From Takakia lepidozioides (Eukaryota > Plantae > Bryophyta), in the NCBI GenBank assembly GCA_030704615.1, contig CM060733.1, forward strand, positions 32,116,001 through 32,180,000: DNA of 64,000 nt, given 5' to 3'. The notes below the pieces were generated by a model that made no database searches, was not told the origin of the DNA, and saw only the letters and a program-made list of their open reading frames with translations. This document shows, in pieces, positions 25,532 through 39,200 of the stretch (position 1 is the stretch's first letter; every line of letters begins with the position of its first letter). Position numbers and translations under genes: made by a program.

Positions 25532-26291
25532 GACCCTGCTGGATAAATCTGACTTAGAGGCTGTAGTGTCCAAAGCCATGTCTGTTGCCAGGAAATTGTC
25601 AGATGAAATGAAATGAAATGGTGCTTTATAACGTCCGCGGGAAGCTCATAGAGCTTATGGGACAAAATGGAAGAAAACATGAGAGGAAACAAAATACAGA
25701 GCCAGAGATAAAACTATTGTTTGAGTGATTGTATGATGAAAATGAAGTTAGGCAGAAAACTTCCGCGAACTTGTTTGCAGTCTGTGACATGGGGGAGGAC
25801 ATCATGGATGACCTCAAGGGTTTACCCACCCTCGGCACTAGACTTTAATTTAAACTCAGTGAGGGAAGCCTACCTTTGAACAGCAACCAGATGGAGAGAG
25901 GAAAGAGGGATTGCAATTGCCCTTCGTGTGAGCAACCTGAAGACAATATTCATTTTCTGATTCATTGTCCTGGGTACTCTCACGAGAGAGACACCCTCTC
26001 CAAATCCATCAAGGGAATTGTGCCTGAACCTCTGTTTACCAACTTTGAAAGTCTCGAACCTGAGCCAAAAGCCCAGGCACTTTTGGGGCCTAGCTATTGG
26101 GCAAACCACACACAGCATTGATGCTTGTGTGAAGGGATTTCTAGAGGATATCTGGAAAGCTGGATTAATAGTCTGTTCCTTCCGGCGTCAGCCCCTCAAA
26201 GGTAGTTTCTGTCCCTTTGTGTTCAGCTCAAACTGAGCGCGGGGTCAATGGCCACAAGGCTACGGCAAACAACGTCTTATGAGTACATTCT
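25532..26291 (+). mobile_element. 5'-truncated LINE family A interrupted by a family B tail (about 25604-25725, - strand)
   Basis: Family A sequence is split at ATTGTC.GATGAAA, which is duplicated either side of a (GAAAT)3..AAGCTCATAGAGCTT insert. The element ends in ATGAGTACATTCT. Confidence 0.85.
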
Positions 26292-27255
26292 CTTTCCGAA
26301 GGCAATGCAGGTGTTCAATTACCTATACCAGGCGAGTCGTCACAATAACCCCAGCATCTTCTTCCGTAATCAGACAATCAACATACACCTTTCATTACTT
26401 AGCTCCGCCAATTACATCAACAAGAGCCTGTAAATCGTAGACACGATACGTCGTGAATCCTAAACATTTTCTTGCGGGTATTTAACACTGCACGGCAAAT
26501 GGAACTTGCCTGATAAGCTCACTTCAGAGCAGCCCGTGTGCCGCAAGCTAGCTGATCCGAGGGGTATGATCCCCAAAGAAGCTTTCATAGTGCGGGTTTG
26601 CATTGACAGTGACGGAGAACGGATGAAAGAAGGAATGGAAGCGACCAGGCTTGAATTCCACAAGACATGCTCATTATTTATGGATGATTTGCTATTGTCT
26701 ATCCACAGTCTGTGTTGAGAGTACACACCTGTATGGATCTGTAGAGTGGAATGAAGATGGGGACAAATAGAAACTATTGTTCTCGGAGAATGCGTGCTCA
26801 ATATTAACTGTAATTGATCATTTCCTCATGAAACTGGGATTGCTTGCAAGCACTTGGATCCAGACAACGGTAAAGCGGGGAAGAATGTGTAATTCTTTGC
26901 AACTTTTGCTCGATGTTAGGAGGTGAGAGTCGATTTTGTTCTGTTTGTTACGAAGAAATTGCAGAAGATTCCAAGTTTCGAACGAGAGTTTGAAATTTTG
27001 TTTCTGATTTTTATTCCTCGAGTTGCTTACTCACATATTTCTGATGTATAGCACCAATTGTGCATTCTGAGTTGAAATGGAGGTTAGGAGATGGAGTTGC
27101 AACAGACATTACGTAGGAGATGAACGCTGAGACAACTGGAGTGTTATTAGAATTGTCCTCTCCGTTTGGGACGCATCCTCTGTACAGAACCGACGGCTTC
27201 TGTTTGCCTGCACACATTTGTAAAGTTACATGATTGACAAGGAAAAGCAGTCCAG

Positions 27256-30200
27256 ATGGCCGGTTCATGGAGTCAAAATGAGAAAAAAGATGTTGAAATA
27301 GCCTCCGGTTCATGGAACCAAGATGAGGACAGGGAGCACCGAGCAGGGCCAATCAGAGCTTCCGAAGTGCATTATTTTACAGAAAAGCTGCGTGAATGGC
27401 ATGATCGTCCTAATGCCACCTTCTACTTACCTGGACCGAGTCGAAGAAGGAGATCAAGTTCGGATGCAGAACATCGAGTGTCCAATCCAGGCCTGAACCA
27501 ACTAGTTCCAGGAAGCTCCGAGGGAAGTTTGAGAAAGAGCTGGGATAAGCCTACCAAAGGGATCAATTCAGACTTCACGAGCCATTCTTTTGAGAGAGCT
27601 GTCACTGGTCTCAAACAGAGGTTGCAACCAATGGGGAAGGATGATTTAATGGACGTGATTATGAATTTGGCCAAAAAGCTGGAAGACCTCGGCTATTCTA
27701 TGGAAGATCAAGCATTCCTACAACCAGTAAGCATAGATTCTGTACGAGATAGTGTAACGTGTGATATGTGGAGCCACAACCTACAGAACTCACAAGATGT
27801 TGTGTCTTAAAGAAATGAACCCTTTGCACAGTAGTCTACTTGGGTTATAGGAAGACTCTGTTTGATAGAAGCAGAAGGGCTTTCTGTTCTTCTCCACACA
27901 AATCTCTTTAATGGTGATACGTTCTATCAATAAGTTTCTATGTCTTTGCCAATAGTTGTAAATCAAGTAGGTCAGTCCCTAGACCAGGCGCGCACTGCAT
28001 ATTACTTTGCACAGATATCATTAGTAGCCTGATGCTTGTGCATTTGAAAGCCTCATCAGTGGATTCGTAGGCAGCAAAGGAGTGTTTGATTTCACACTGA
28101 TCCATCCAATTGAGCTGAAGGGCACCCAGCAAGTATCTTCCTCTCAAGGACTGAAGGAGATTGACAAGATTTGCTGACCTTAAATGCATCCTAAGACAGA
28201 TAAGGTTTTGAGGAGTTATGCCTGTGGATCATTTCAAGACAGCACATGACATATCAGTTGGTTCTGTTTCTCTGTAGCTCTAGCCTCATCTTGAAATTGT
28301 AGGTCATCTTTATGGTGGGGGAGTCCCGCCCATATTCCGGAGTCTCAGGTCTTGCTGTTAGGTGCTGATGATGAAGATGCCTTCTAAATCAAGTGGACCC
28401 AAGGCAGCTCCAGCCACAGGCATTGAAAGGCTTCTCAAGGATGGCCTCCTGGCTTTCCTGCTGAAACTCAACAAGCACATTCCTCCCAATTCACCGCAGG
28501 TACTGGCCAAACTGCACAGCTTTCTTGGGCATCTCAAAGCTGTCATATTCAATCAGCTTCGTTTATTGACTCAAACTATTTAATCAAGTTCGTAATGTGA
28601 GGCTCAAATGCCTTGGAGCAGCACCTGAACCTCCTCGTGGAATCTACTGCAGGTAGTCAAATTTAAGGACGTAAGTTTCACTGCTCAAATAGTAGGGGCA
28701 AAACATGGCTACGAGACGGTGGGATCACTATGTCTCAAGTGCTTACTACCCTGCTTTGCAGAAGGAAAAGCCACACAAAAGTTTTCAGTGCTAGAGAACT
28801 GTTCGGGCTATTTAATGCCTGGTTCAATGACCCTTGTGTGTGGTCCTCCTGGATGTGGTGAGGACTGAAACTCATGTATGCCTCTTGCCTTGTGAGATCA
28901 CTTTGCTTGTGTCTGCTCTGCTTATGCATGACTTTGAGATTCATCTGTTGTCTCCTTGCTTGCGTGTGGACCTTTTACACCTCTATTAGGTTGTCTTCGA
29001 AAGGAACTTTCCACGCTTTTAATGCTGCACTTCTGAGCCTCTATTTATGTATTCCAGGAAAGAGCAGTTTGCACAAGGCATTGGCTGGAAGGCTACTGGT
29101 GGGCAAGAACATGCACCTCAGTGGTAAAGTGACTTACAATGGAAAAGGTTTTGAGGATCTCCAAGTGCGGCGTTTGGCATCCTATATTGCACAGACCGAC
29201 AGGCATTTCCCCACACTCACTGTCCGGGAAACTTGCGAGTTTGCATATGCTTGTACCAGTGCTTTTAAGGAGGCAGTCCTTGGAATTGGTGGCGAGGCTG
29301 GTATTGTGAGTTCCTTCAATCTTTCGGGCTTAATATATTCATACTTAAGAGGAGGGCAATGTTCATCTCAAACAGAATCCGTTGCTCTCACTACCCGGCT
29401 TATGAAGTGTTCTGGCTTTCAGTGACCTGTGAGGACAAAAAACACCAGAAACACTGACAAAATGCTGAAAGAGGGTTTGTATTTCTTTGCAGATGGAGAC
29501 CGAACTTGGGGGAGGGAATTTGCCTTTGGAGCTGACACTACATTTGCTTGGATTGCGTGCTGTGGCTGACACAATGGTTGGAAATGCATCAGTACGTGGA
29601 GTAAGTGGAGGGGAGCGACATAGAGTTACGACTGCGGAAATGGTCTCAGGCATGTGTGTGCATCCATCTGTTCAAACTTGTTGTCAAAGGATGTAATGTT
29701 TGGTGGATGCTTCAACACAATCTTAGGCACCAAAATACCTGCTCTAGTGTATCGCCATAGCATCCTAAGAACCTGACCTTAACAGGCTTGATTACAGTAG
29801 GTACATCATTAGACTGTTTCAAATTGCCTGGTTGAAGACAATTGTGCTGACAAGGTATACTACAGAAAGTCTTTCCCTATATGGATTGAAAATTCATCTT
29901 TATGCCTGGCAGGCACATTTCTTGTCTATTTCCTTGACGAAATCAGCACGGGACTTGACAGCTCTGCTACATACGACATTGTTTCTGCATTTCGCACATT
30001 CGCGAGGATAAGACGATACACATGCCTGTTCTCCTTACTTCAGCCTTCTCCTGAAGTATTTGACCTTTTTGATAGGTAACATGTCCTTAGTGGTTTTTGC
30101 TCCCTTTGGATGTGTGTGCCAATAAACAATCGCAAGCATGTTCCAAGCATGTGTGATCCTATTTTTATCATTTTTATCATTGATAGTAGAGCTTTCATTC

Positions 30201-33200
30201 ATCATACAAGAACAGTAGGTATGGGGCACTGCAATGAAGCTCTTCAGCAGCAGTTGCCCTCTGAAAAGCCCTTAGACCTGATATGTTTTAGTGGGATACC
30301 TACTACAAAATGAAAGCACATTGAGCTGCGACGGACGTGGTACCAGGTCAGTCATGTCACTAACATTTTTAGACTGTTCCTAAGTCAGATTTTGGTCTGT
30401 CCTCTCTTATAGGATCATTGTCTTGAATGAAGGGCGCATCATCTATCAGGGACCGCGTGAAGATGTTCTCCCATATTTCGCTGAACTTGGGTAAAACTAA
30501 ACTACTCTGGGAAATCTTGAAGGGTAGGTAGTTTCGTAGGTTCAGTTTGGTTCATTTGCTCTTCTTGTCTGTCCCCTCCTCATCCTCTATAACAGCAATA
30601 ATATGTAAATGATTGCTATAGATTGCTGTCATGGAAACTAAGCCAAGGACTGGGATATGTTCATCTCAGACCTTACTAAGTTTGCTGCAGATTGCAGGTA
30701 TGTGAAACCAAAGCATGTGGATGTGGCAGACTTTCTTCAGGAAGTTACCACAGAAGAGGGCGTGCGATTTTTGCAGCGTGGTTTCAGAGAACTAACAAGC
30801 GATGATTTTGTGATCGCATACACCGACTCCGATATGCACAGAGACGTACTGCGTGTTGTTGATAGCCCAGAGGTATCAAATAGGCCAGAATATCTTCTAA
30901 TGTTTTGCTTCTGGAATAGTCAGTATCACCAATGCACTTAGAGCACTAGTTTTGAGTCACGGAATAGGTTGGTTGATTGGCTTACTTCCATTACATTGGC
31001 ACTGTTGCAAAACCTCAAAGTATGGGAGCACCAGTCTGCCTAGTATCATCTTCCCTCTCAGTGTCGCTCCATGATTGATTGTATGCTACTTGAAAATATT
31101 GTTCTGGTATCTGGTTTCTTTGAAAATTTGACAGACATACTTAAACTGCTGCTTTGGAGACCTCCATTAGTAGTTATGGGTAGTTGGTGTCCTAGGTAGT
31201 AACCCTACCTCTGTTTGCAGAACGTCCATGAGCTTTGGTTGGAAGCAGCAAAACCTCTAGGTTTGAAATTAATGGACAGACCTGCCAAGGCAGGTAAGTC
31301 TGCGCATTGCCATGACACTATGATATGCCTCATCTGTTTCATTGCTTTTCAGAATTCATACGCCATCTTTTTCATGTTTGCTGGTATTTCTTCATTTCGG
31401 GTGAACCCCACTCTGTCACCAGTGTTTGGGGGACCCAGTAGTCCACCAGCAAGGTGCATCCGTGTTTGGGCTTGTATGTAACACCTTATCTGTTTGTTGT
31501 TTGAACAACCGGACGGAATATGATGGTTTGCTGTTTTATGCACCTTCAAGCCTGTAGTACACCCTGTTAGAAAACTAGACCTGTCCTCTCTCAAGAGATT
31601 TGGACAGGGAGCTTCTATTCACAAGCAGTAGTACAAAACCCTTGACAGCTGAATGATACAGGAAGTAGCTAGTACTCACAAGATGAGAAAACTGGAGCCT
31701 GGAAGCTGCCTTGCACCCTACTACAAAAGACTGTAGATGCTGGCATAAATTCTCTGGAACCTTCTGGTAGGAATCATCCTTATCCAAAAAACCCTAGCAG
31801 AGCCCTAGCTAACAGTCCCAATGGTTAACTAAATCTGAGCTGACTTTCAACACACCTAATGGGTTTGAAGAGGAGGCTTCAAATTAAGTGGCTGTGTCAG
31901 AAATACAGTGTCTTTCGAACTTCCTTGTCAGTTTACTCGTCCTCATCCATCGGCATTGCCTTTTGAGCAGGTCAAAAAAGAGGGATAGTAGTTACTGAAG
32001 TTGAAGCCTCAGGAACAGCAGCTGTCCCTGACATTCTACAGACAACACAAGTAAAAGAGGGAGACTGCATAACAGGAATTGTGAACAGCAGTGGCAGACT
32101 TGAATACATAACAGACAGCAATCAAAACGCCGCAGACATAGTGAACAAAGTTCAAGAGGTCCCTGGAAAAGTGCGCTTGCAGCTGGAGCGGCCTCTAGAA
32201 AAGGTAAGCCTGCGTCAACTACCTGCATTACCTCTTACATGTACTTGGGAAATGTTCAATATACTTAAAGGAGAAAAGAACACACTATACATAAATAAGT
32301 GGGGTTCTAGTTGCAACAGTTTGAGACATGCCCAAGAGGAATTTCATGGCGTAGGGACAAGAGACTGTTTTTCCTGTGTTGTGTCTGAGGATGGTTGCAT
32401 TAGATGGCAAATGCAGCCACCTGACTTGAGTGGTTAGTGGTCTGGGTGTCTCTGAAGAGCATTCCAACCCAACAGGCCCATAAAGAAAAGGCTGACTCCT
32501 AGTTACTGACAGCGAGTAAGGTGACAAATGGATTTGACATACAGATCAAGTTGTTTTATATTAGTTGCTGTTGAAGTGGGGGGTGCCTAACAACCTCACA
32601 TGTAAGTTGCTCCTCATTTCTGAATTTAGTAAAATCCAATGAATCTAGCAACACATCTTCAACAACGTTTTGTTTCAACCTTGACATATTTCCTTGGGAT
32701 AGAATTGAAATTTATTCTCCCGTTGTCTCTTTTACTGTCTGTTGGTTGATGTTGTGCCATTGTTCACTATAGGTCTTTTGTTTCTTTTTCAATAGAGAAT
32801 TTGCTGTTACCTTGGGTAGTGTCTTTTTTGCAATTGATAAGCCTGGAGTTCTCCTCCAAGCTTACATAGATACATGTTGCCATGATGCAGGAAGGTGCAT
32901 CAGCTGCAAGGGTTTTTGAACAGGAGTTTGTCCAAGAGTGGTGGCCTTCAACAAAAACTGTGTTCAGACGGCAGGCCACCTTGGCAATTCGTAATAAGAG
33001 CTTTGTCTATGCTCGTATGATGCAGGTGCAGTCATCCTTCAACTTGGAAGGCTGTCAAAGGGTCATTCAGCTAGATGGTTAAACCATTGCTTCTGTTGAT
33101 TGTAAGGAGGAGGTTAGCTTTGGGATCTTTGTCGTTGCCCAATACCTTGGCTACTTAGATACTGTGGGGATCATATAATGGCTTGCTGTGCCATGCTTGC

Positions 33201-36200
33201 GAGGTTAGACTTTGGTTATATAGTGGTCTATGTTCTTGTTTCCGCTTTCTTAAATGTGGCTGATAAATCCGCTTTCGTCCTGATTGTACATTAGAGGTTG
33301 TCGTGGAACCAATGATCTTATGTCGATAAGGTTTACTGCGGAGAATGTGATCTAACAAGTGGATGTGCAGCTTATTATCTTAGGAATATTCACCGGGACT
33401 TTATTCTATCAAGTGAAAAATACTACTGATCGTTCTGATATGGATTTACGCAAGTCTCTTGCTTTCCTTGCAGTCATGACCCTATCATTAAACACTGTCT
33501 CTCAAATACCTGTTCAAATAGACGAGCGTAAGGTGAAGTTCTGGCAAATTTGAAGTAGGCTTGATTAGATAAAGTTTTCAAGTTTGATGATTGTTTGTTG
33601 GTTTGGTTTTTCTCGTTGCATTGTGAGAGGACAGTGCTCTGATGAAGTTGCTATCTTTAAACTTTTTTCTGGTTGTGTGACTGATAGCACTTGACAAATT
33701 GGATCATGATAAGACCTCACTCTATCCCATGGGCTCTTGTGGCCCTCTGTGGATGTTATGAAGTTTCTTTCCGCGGACGTTATAAAGCACCATTTCATTT
33801 CATTTCATTTCTATGCAGTACCATTTCATTTCATTGCTTTTGGGCTGCTTTTTGGCTCTGGTTTTGTCTCCTCTCTCTTGGTTTTTTCCATTTTGTCCCA
33901 TAAGCTCTTTCAGCTTTCCGCAGACGTTATGAAGTACCATTTCGTTTCATTTCATTTCCTTTATTTCTATGACACACATTTCAAATATGATGTTTCCGTG
34001 CTGCATGTTTCCCAGTCAAGCCGTCCTGCAATAACAGAGCATAACTCAGTTCCTTTTTCATGTAGGTATTTGAGAAACAATATGCTGCAAGGTTCTTTCG
34101 ACCCAACGCCTATGTTCTTGCCTGCACCCTCAGCCAACTCCCCTTCACAATGATAGAGGTACAGAACCTTGTTATGCAGTACAATGCGATTAGACACTTA
34201 AGTACTGCGACAAAGCCACATCATAGCTGTAAAAGCATGTAGCAATTCACTGCTTTCTGTCAGTGAATAGACACTACATTGACTTTTTGCGACACTGTTA
34301 TACCTGCAAGTATGGTATAGAAGGATGATGTACGAAGTACCGGGATTTTGTTTGTTGGGATACATTTGTAAGGGACTTGGGAGGAACCTTTCTGCCAGCT
34401 CACTGAGCTGCTCCTTGCAGCCTCATTTTGGCTCGTGAAGGATTTGTAGAGTTGTTTGTCCTGTACATACTTTGACTTGTTCCCATTTTGCTGGCTAGTT
34501 TTTTTAATCTCCATTATGCAAAAGTCAAGAAAAACTCTGGAGGAGAGAAACTTTGGCCTAAGGTTGTTGTGCTTTACTAAATGCTTTAGGTTGAAATGCA
34601 GATGATGATATATACTCCTCTTATATACTGGCTAACAGGGCTAAGCCCTTCCCAGCATGGAGCTCATTATTTTATATATATACTGGTGGTCTTTGTTGAG
34701 GCAATCACTTTTGCAGCATTTGTGCGAGTTAGCACTTCTTTTTCCAGTACGAAGGAAGCAGCAAGTGGCGTAGCTGGTTCGATTCTCAGATCTGAGCCAC
34801 ACATGAACTCAGATTAGTCGTGCTTTATGTGTCTGACCCTCTTCCTGGAGCATCATTCTTACCCCCCACCAACCAATCTTCACTTAGTCGTGCCATCCAT
34901 ATATGACACAGCAGTCAGTTGACAATCCTGTGAAGCTGGCTGAAAATGATTGGAGTAAACCTTGTGTGTGTGCATGTTCTTCTTTTCTGGGGTGGCTTAC
35001 TAGGTTGGGCCATGTGTATTAATTTTGAGTCTGCATATCTAGAGAGAGGAGGGAGAGAAGGAAAGAGTCAGGAGTACATCATGCTCTAGGTGAGGCCCAA
35101 AAGGGGAATAACCATGACACAAAGAAAGGCATCCAATATGAGGTTCTGACGACTTCTTGTACCTCCTGCAGGTCTATTTATTCTCTTCTTTTTGTTATTT
35201 GCTGGTTTTTTGGTTACCAAAAACAAGGTGCCTGATTGGTGGATTTGGGTCTACTATCTCAGCCCCCTGCAATGGGGTGTCACAGCAATAGTTTGCAACG
35301 AGTTTCTCTCTAGTAGATATGATGAAGTAAGTGACCCCAACTGACAATTTGCCGCAGCCCCATTACTACTGACCCTCAGGGAATCACAGACACCTGGAGG
35401 TCAACTGTTTGTTGAGACCTTTTCTGACCAACAGTGCATCTCCCATCAACGACAGGAACCTGAGTTCCCCAGTCTCTCTGCCTTCGCCAGATGTAAATGA
35501 CAACTATATAGTCCTTCATGACTCTTCTTGGCCTGATGTTATCAAGATGAGAAGTGAAAGCAGTATAAGAGAATTCAAGAAGTTGATAGTTGGGAAGCTG
35601 GCTGCGAATTTTTCTGTTTAGGAGCATTGAACCCACATCAAAGAAATCTAACCTTCCATGTATTTTGATTTATAGAGCTTTGGCCTGACGTTTGCTTGCC
35701 TTTTGGTCTTTCTATGACAAATTCTCCTGTGGTATCTATTGTGTAGGCTTGCAGTGATAGCATCAGTTACTGCATAGGTAAAGAACGGATGAGAGTTGGG
35801 CAAGCATATCTGGACCTCTACAACCTGCCCACCACATTCTTCCGAGGTGTATGGGTGCCTATCATTGTCCTTTGCAGCTACTACTGCGCGCTGACCTATT
35901 TATGTTTCTACACTGTTGCCAATATAAGGCATGATGAGGTATGCTGTGCAATTTTATAACTATAGTTATCCTTAGGACATTGATGAGATGTGGCATGCTC
36001 TAATCAATTACCTGCACATATATTTACAGAGAATTTGTGAATGGGAAAGTAGCTTCATGCTGTGTACAGCATCTGTGGCAAGTGTCAACTGATAAAATAC
36101 TTTTTATATTTTGTATCTTTACAGGTCTGTGCCACAAATAGAACTCTCAACTGTCTGGAATTTTTCATGGAGTGTGAGCTAATGTATTACCTGGTTCCTA

Positions 36201-39200
36201 TACCTCACACCCTATCCCCTCTTCCTCCTGTGGGGATTTGCTGGTTTGGTATTGGTTTGTGCCAGGTGAAGCTGCCACCTGCTGGTCGGTTGCAACCTTC
36301 AAAGTCAGTTGGCAAAATTCCTCCAAAGGTTCCAGAGGTGTCTATAAGAGGATCCCTGGCGGCCAAAGAAGTTGGAATGATAGCAGGAGGTCGTGCTGCT
36401 TCTGTTGCAGTGACTGAAATATCTTCAATTAGGTTTGAGCCCATGATTTTATCCTTCCACCAGCTAACCTATGAGGTAATGGTTCTTTCAATAACCATGT
36501 GAGATCTTCATTCTTTATTTAAGATGCCGGTTTTCGTGCAGTAGTTTGCAGTAGCTCAAACTGGGTGAAGTAGACAGTTGATGTGATCATGAATCCACCT
36601 GAAGTTGCACCTAAAGTTCAAAGAAGACCTTGAATCAATAGAGGAGTTAAGGGAAACATGGGATTGTGACCAGCAGGTGCCGCCTTATTGTTTATAGATT
36701 TAAGTAGTTCAACTGTTTCTGCTCTTGATGCCTGGTTCCATGTTAACAAGCAGCTTAAAACACTGTATACACCCAACTCAGATTGGTGTTGTTAGTGACT
36801 ATCACCAGCCTTTCAGTGGGAACCACCAGAATATAATCCAAAGACCGAGCAGCGAGCACAAATATTGAGCATTGAACTTCCAGTAGAGTGTCCACTTGTG
36901 TGCACTAGGCCATGGTGTTGATGCCTGGACACAGACCATAAAAGCTTCTGAGAATGCTGGGTGGGGACTTCAAGCAACTGCTCTTTTTTTTCCATCAAGT
37001 GATTTTGTTCAGACACATGTGTTATTAATGAACCCAGCAAGCTCACCTCATTTCAGATTGATTTCTTGGTTTTGTTGGCTAGGTGGTTATACCTGGGTGT
37101 AAAGATCCACGGAAGTTGCTTTCCAACGTTTCAGGGTTTGCCAAGCCTCACACTATGACTGCCCTCATGGGGAGCAGTGGTGCTGGGAAGACAACCCTAC
37201 TTGATGTTCTGGCTGGCCGCAAAACCATAGGAAGAATGACCGGTGATATTCTTACAAATGGCTACCCTAAAGTACAGGCGAGATTTGCTCGCATTTCTGG
37301 GTGAGTGTGGGGCAGGTGTGGGTAATGGAAAACTATATGTGACGTAAATCCAGTCCACCTCCTATTTGCATTGTGAAAGATCTGCTGGATTAACCGTAGC
37401 TAGTCTGGATGCGGAACACAAGTGGATTTTGATAGAGTAAAATATCACCCCATGTCCCTTGTGCACTATTGAGTCCGTGGTTCATTTGGTGTAAGAAAAG
37501 TGTTGACTTCCTCTTGGGGCCAGATATGTGGAGCAGAACGACATTCATACACCTTTTATTACAGTCAAGGAGTCTCTGGAATTTAGTGGTGCTCTTCGCC
37601 TTCCAACAGGCACCTCTCCTGGTAGCCGGAAAAATTTCATCAAAGAGGTAAAGTCCGTCAATGGGTACACAACCAGTTTAGGCTGTCTTTCAAAGCAGTA
37701 AATTTCCTGAGATAATATCACTTCTGCCAGAGGTCCACATGCTATTATTGTGACTTATAGTGCTTCTCATTCTTAGCTTTTGTATGATCGAGTCATCTAT
37801 ACAAAGATATTGCGACACTGGCCTTAGGTTGGCTTTGAAGTTGTTCATGTCTTGGGATTCAGCTTCATGAAGGACCACTCCTTGCCAGGATACTTAACCT
37901 TCAATTCCAAACAGCTCAGGTGATGGACTTGCTGGAGTTGAGCGACATTCCCAACAAACTGGTAGGCGCCATTGGAGATGGAGGACTCTCAGTGGAGGAA
38001 GCAAAGCGTCTCACCATCGGTGTTGAACTCGTATGTGAATTTTCAACTAAAAGACATGCTTCAGTCCTGGCTACATGAAGTGTTTGTTCAGATTGTCAAA
38101 TGTATCTTTGTCCAACGTACTCTAGTGCGTCTGGTCAATAGTTAGAGTGGTCCCCGTTCTGCTGTCAGCACAGTTCAAAGAGGATGTGCTTGTGGCCACA
38201 AGACTGCAGTCAGCAGTACAGTCTAATGAGTGCATTCCTGCTCCAAAGTTACTAGTTCCTCAAGTCTGCAGTAGTGGGATGGTTCAGGTGGCAAACCCCA
38301 GTATTTTATTTCTCGATGAGCCAACTAGTGGGCTGGACAGCCGAGCCGCACAAATTGTGATGCGCGGTGTTGTTAATATAGTCAGATCAGGGCGTAGCGT
38401 CATCTGCACAATACATCAGCCCAGCCGACGCCTATTCTTGTATTTTGATCAACTGTTGCTTTTGAAACGTGGGGGCGAAACTGTATATTTTGGACCAACT
38501 GGAGAAGAGGCACAAGACCTTTTGGTAAGGCTGACATAGTCAACTTGTTAAAGTATCAGGCTCAACTTCCATGCAATATGTTGCAAAATCTTGTCATCTT
38601 TGAGATCTCTCAAACCTTCTTGCACATCTTCTTTTTAATATGTCAAATCTGCTGGTAAAGTCGCTCCAAGTATTTTCATCTTCTGGCATTATAAGGTACA
38701 GAAAAGGGCTCGAACTAAGACTGGCATGCTTCTTTCAGAAATACTTTCATTCGCTTCCTGGAGTATTGAAGTGTCCAGCACATCAGAACCCAGCATCGTA
38801 CATGCTGGAGATTATTGGAGCTGGGATTGGACATACTTCTCAACGTGATTTTGCACTGGATTATCAAACAAGTGCTCTGGCCCAGAGGAACTGTATGTCC
38901 AGTCCCCAACCTGTCTATTCAGATTTCGAGGTTAACAATCTCGTAGTCCTGTGCCAGTTTCTCATTGCACATGACTAGTTCTGCCATACACGTTTGGGAC
39001 CTGTGGAAACCACCAGTTTCCTCTTTGCACATGGACTAGTTATGCTCTACACATTTAAACCTGTGGCAACTGCTACTGGTGCTCTGAGATTACCCTTGTC
39101 TTTAGAGTCTGTCAAGACCCACAACAATATGATTACTACATAAACCCCAGCATGTGAATGACGCACAGCAAGCTCGTAGAGGGTAGGAGCTCTCAAGAGT

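Noticed and set aside
24950-26800. Possible small minus-strand gene divergent from the PDR gene
   Set aside because: Candidate splice sites did not assemble into an open, recognisable protein.
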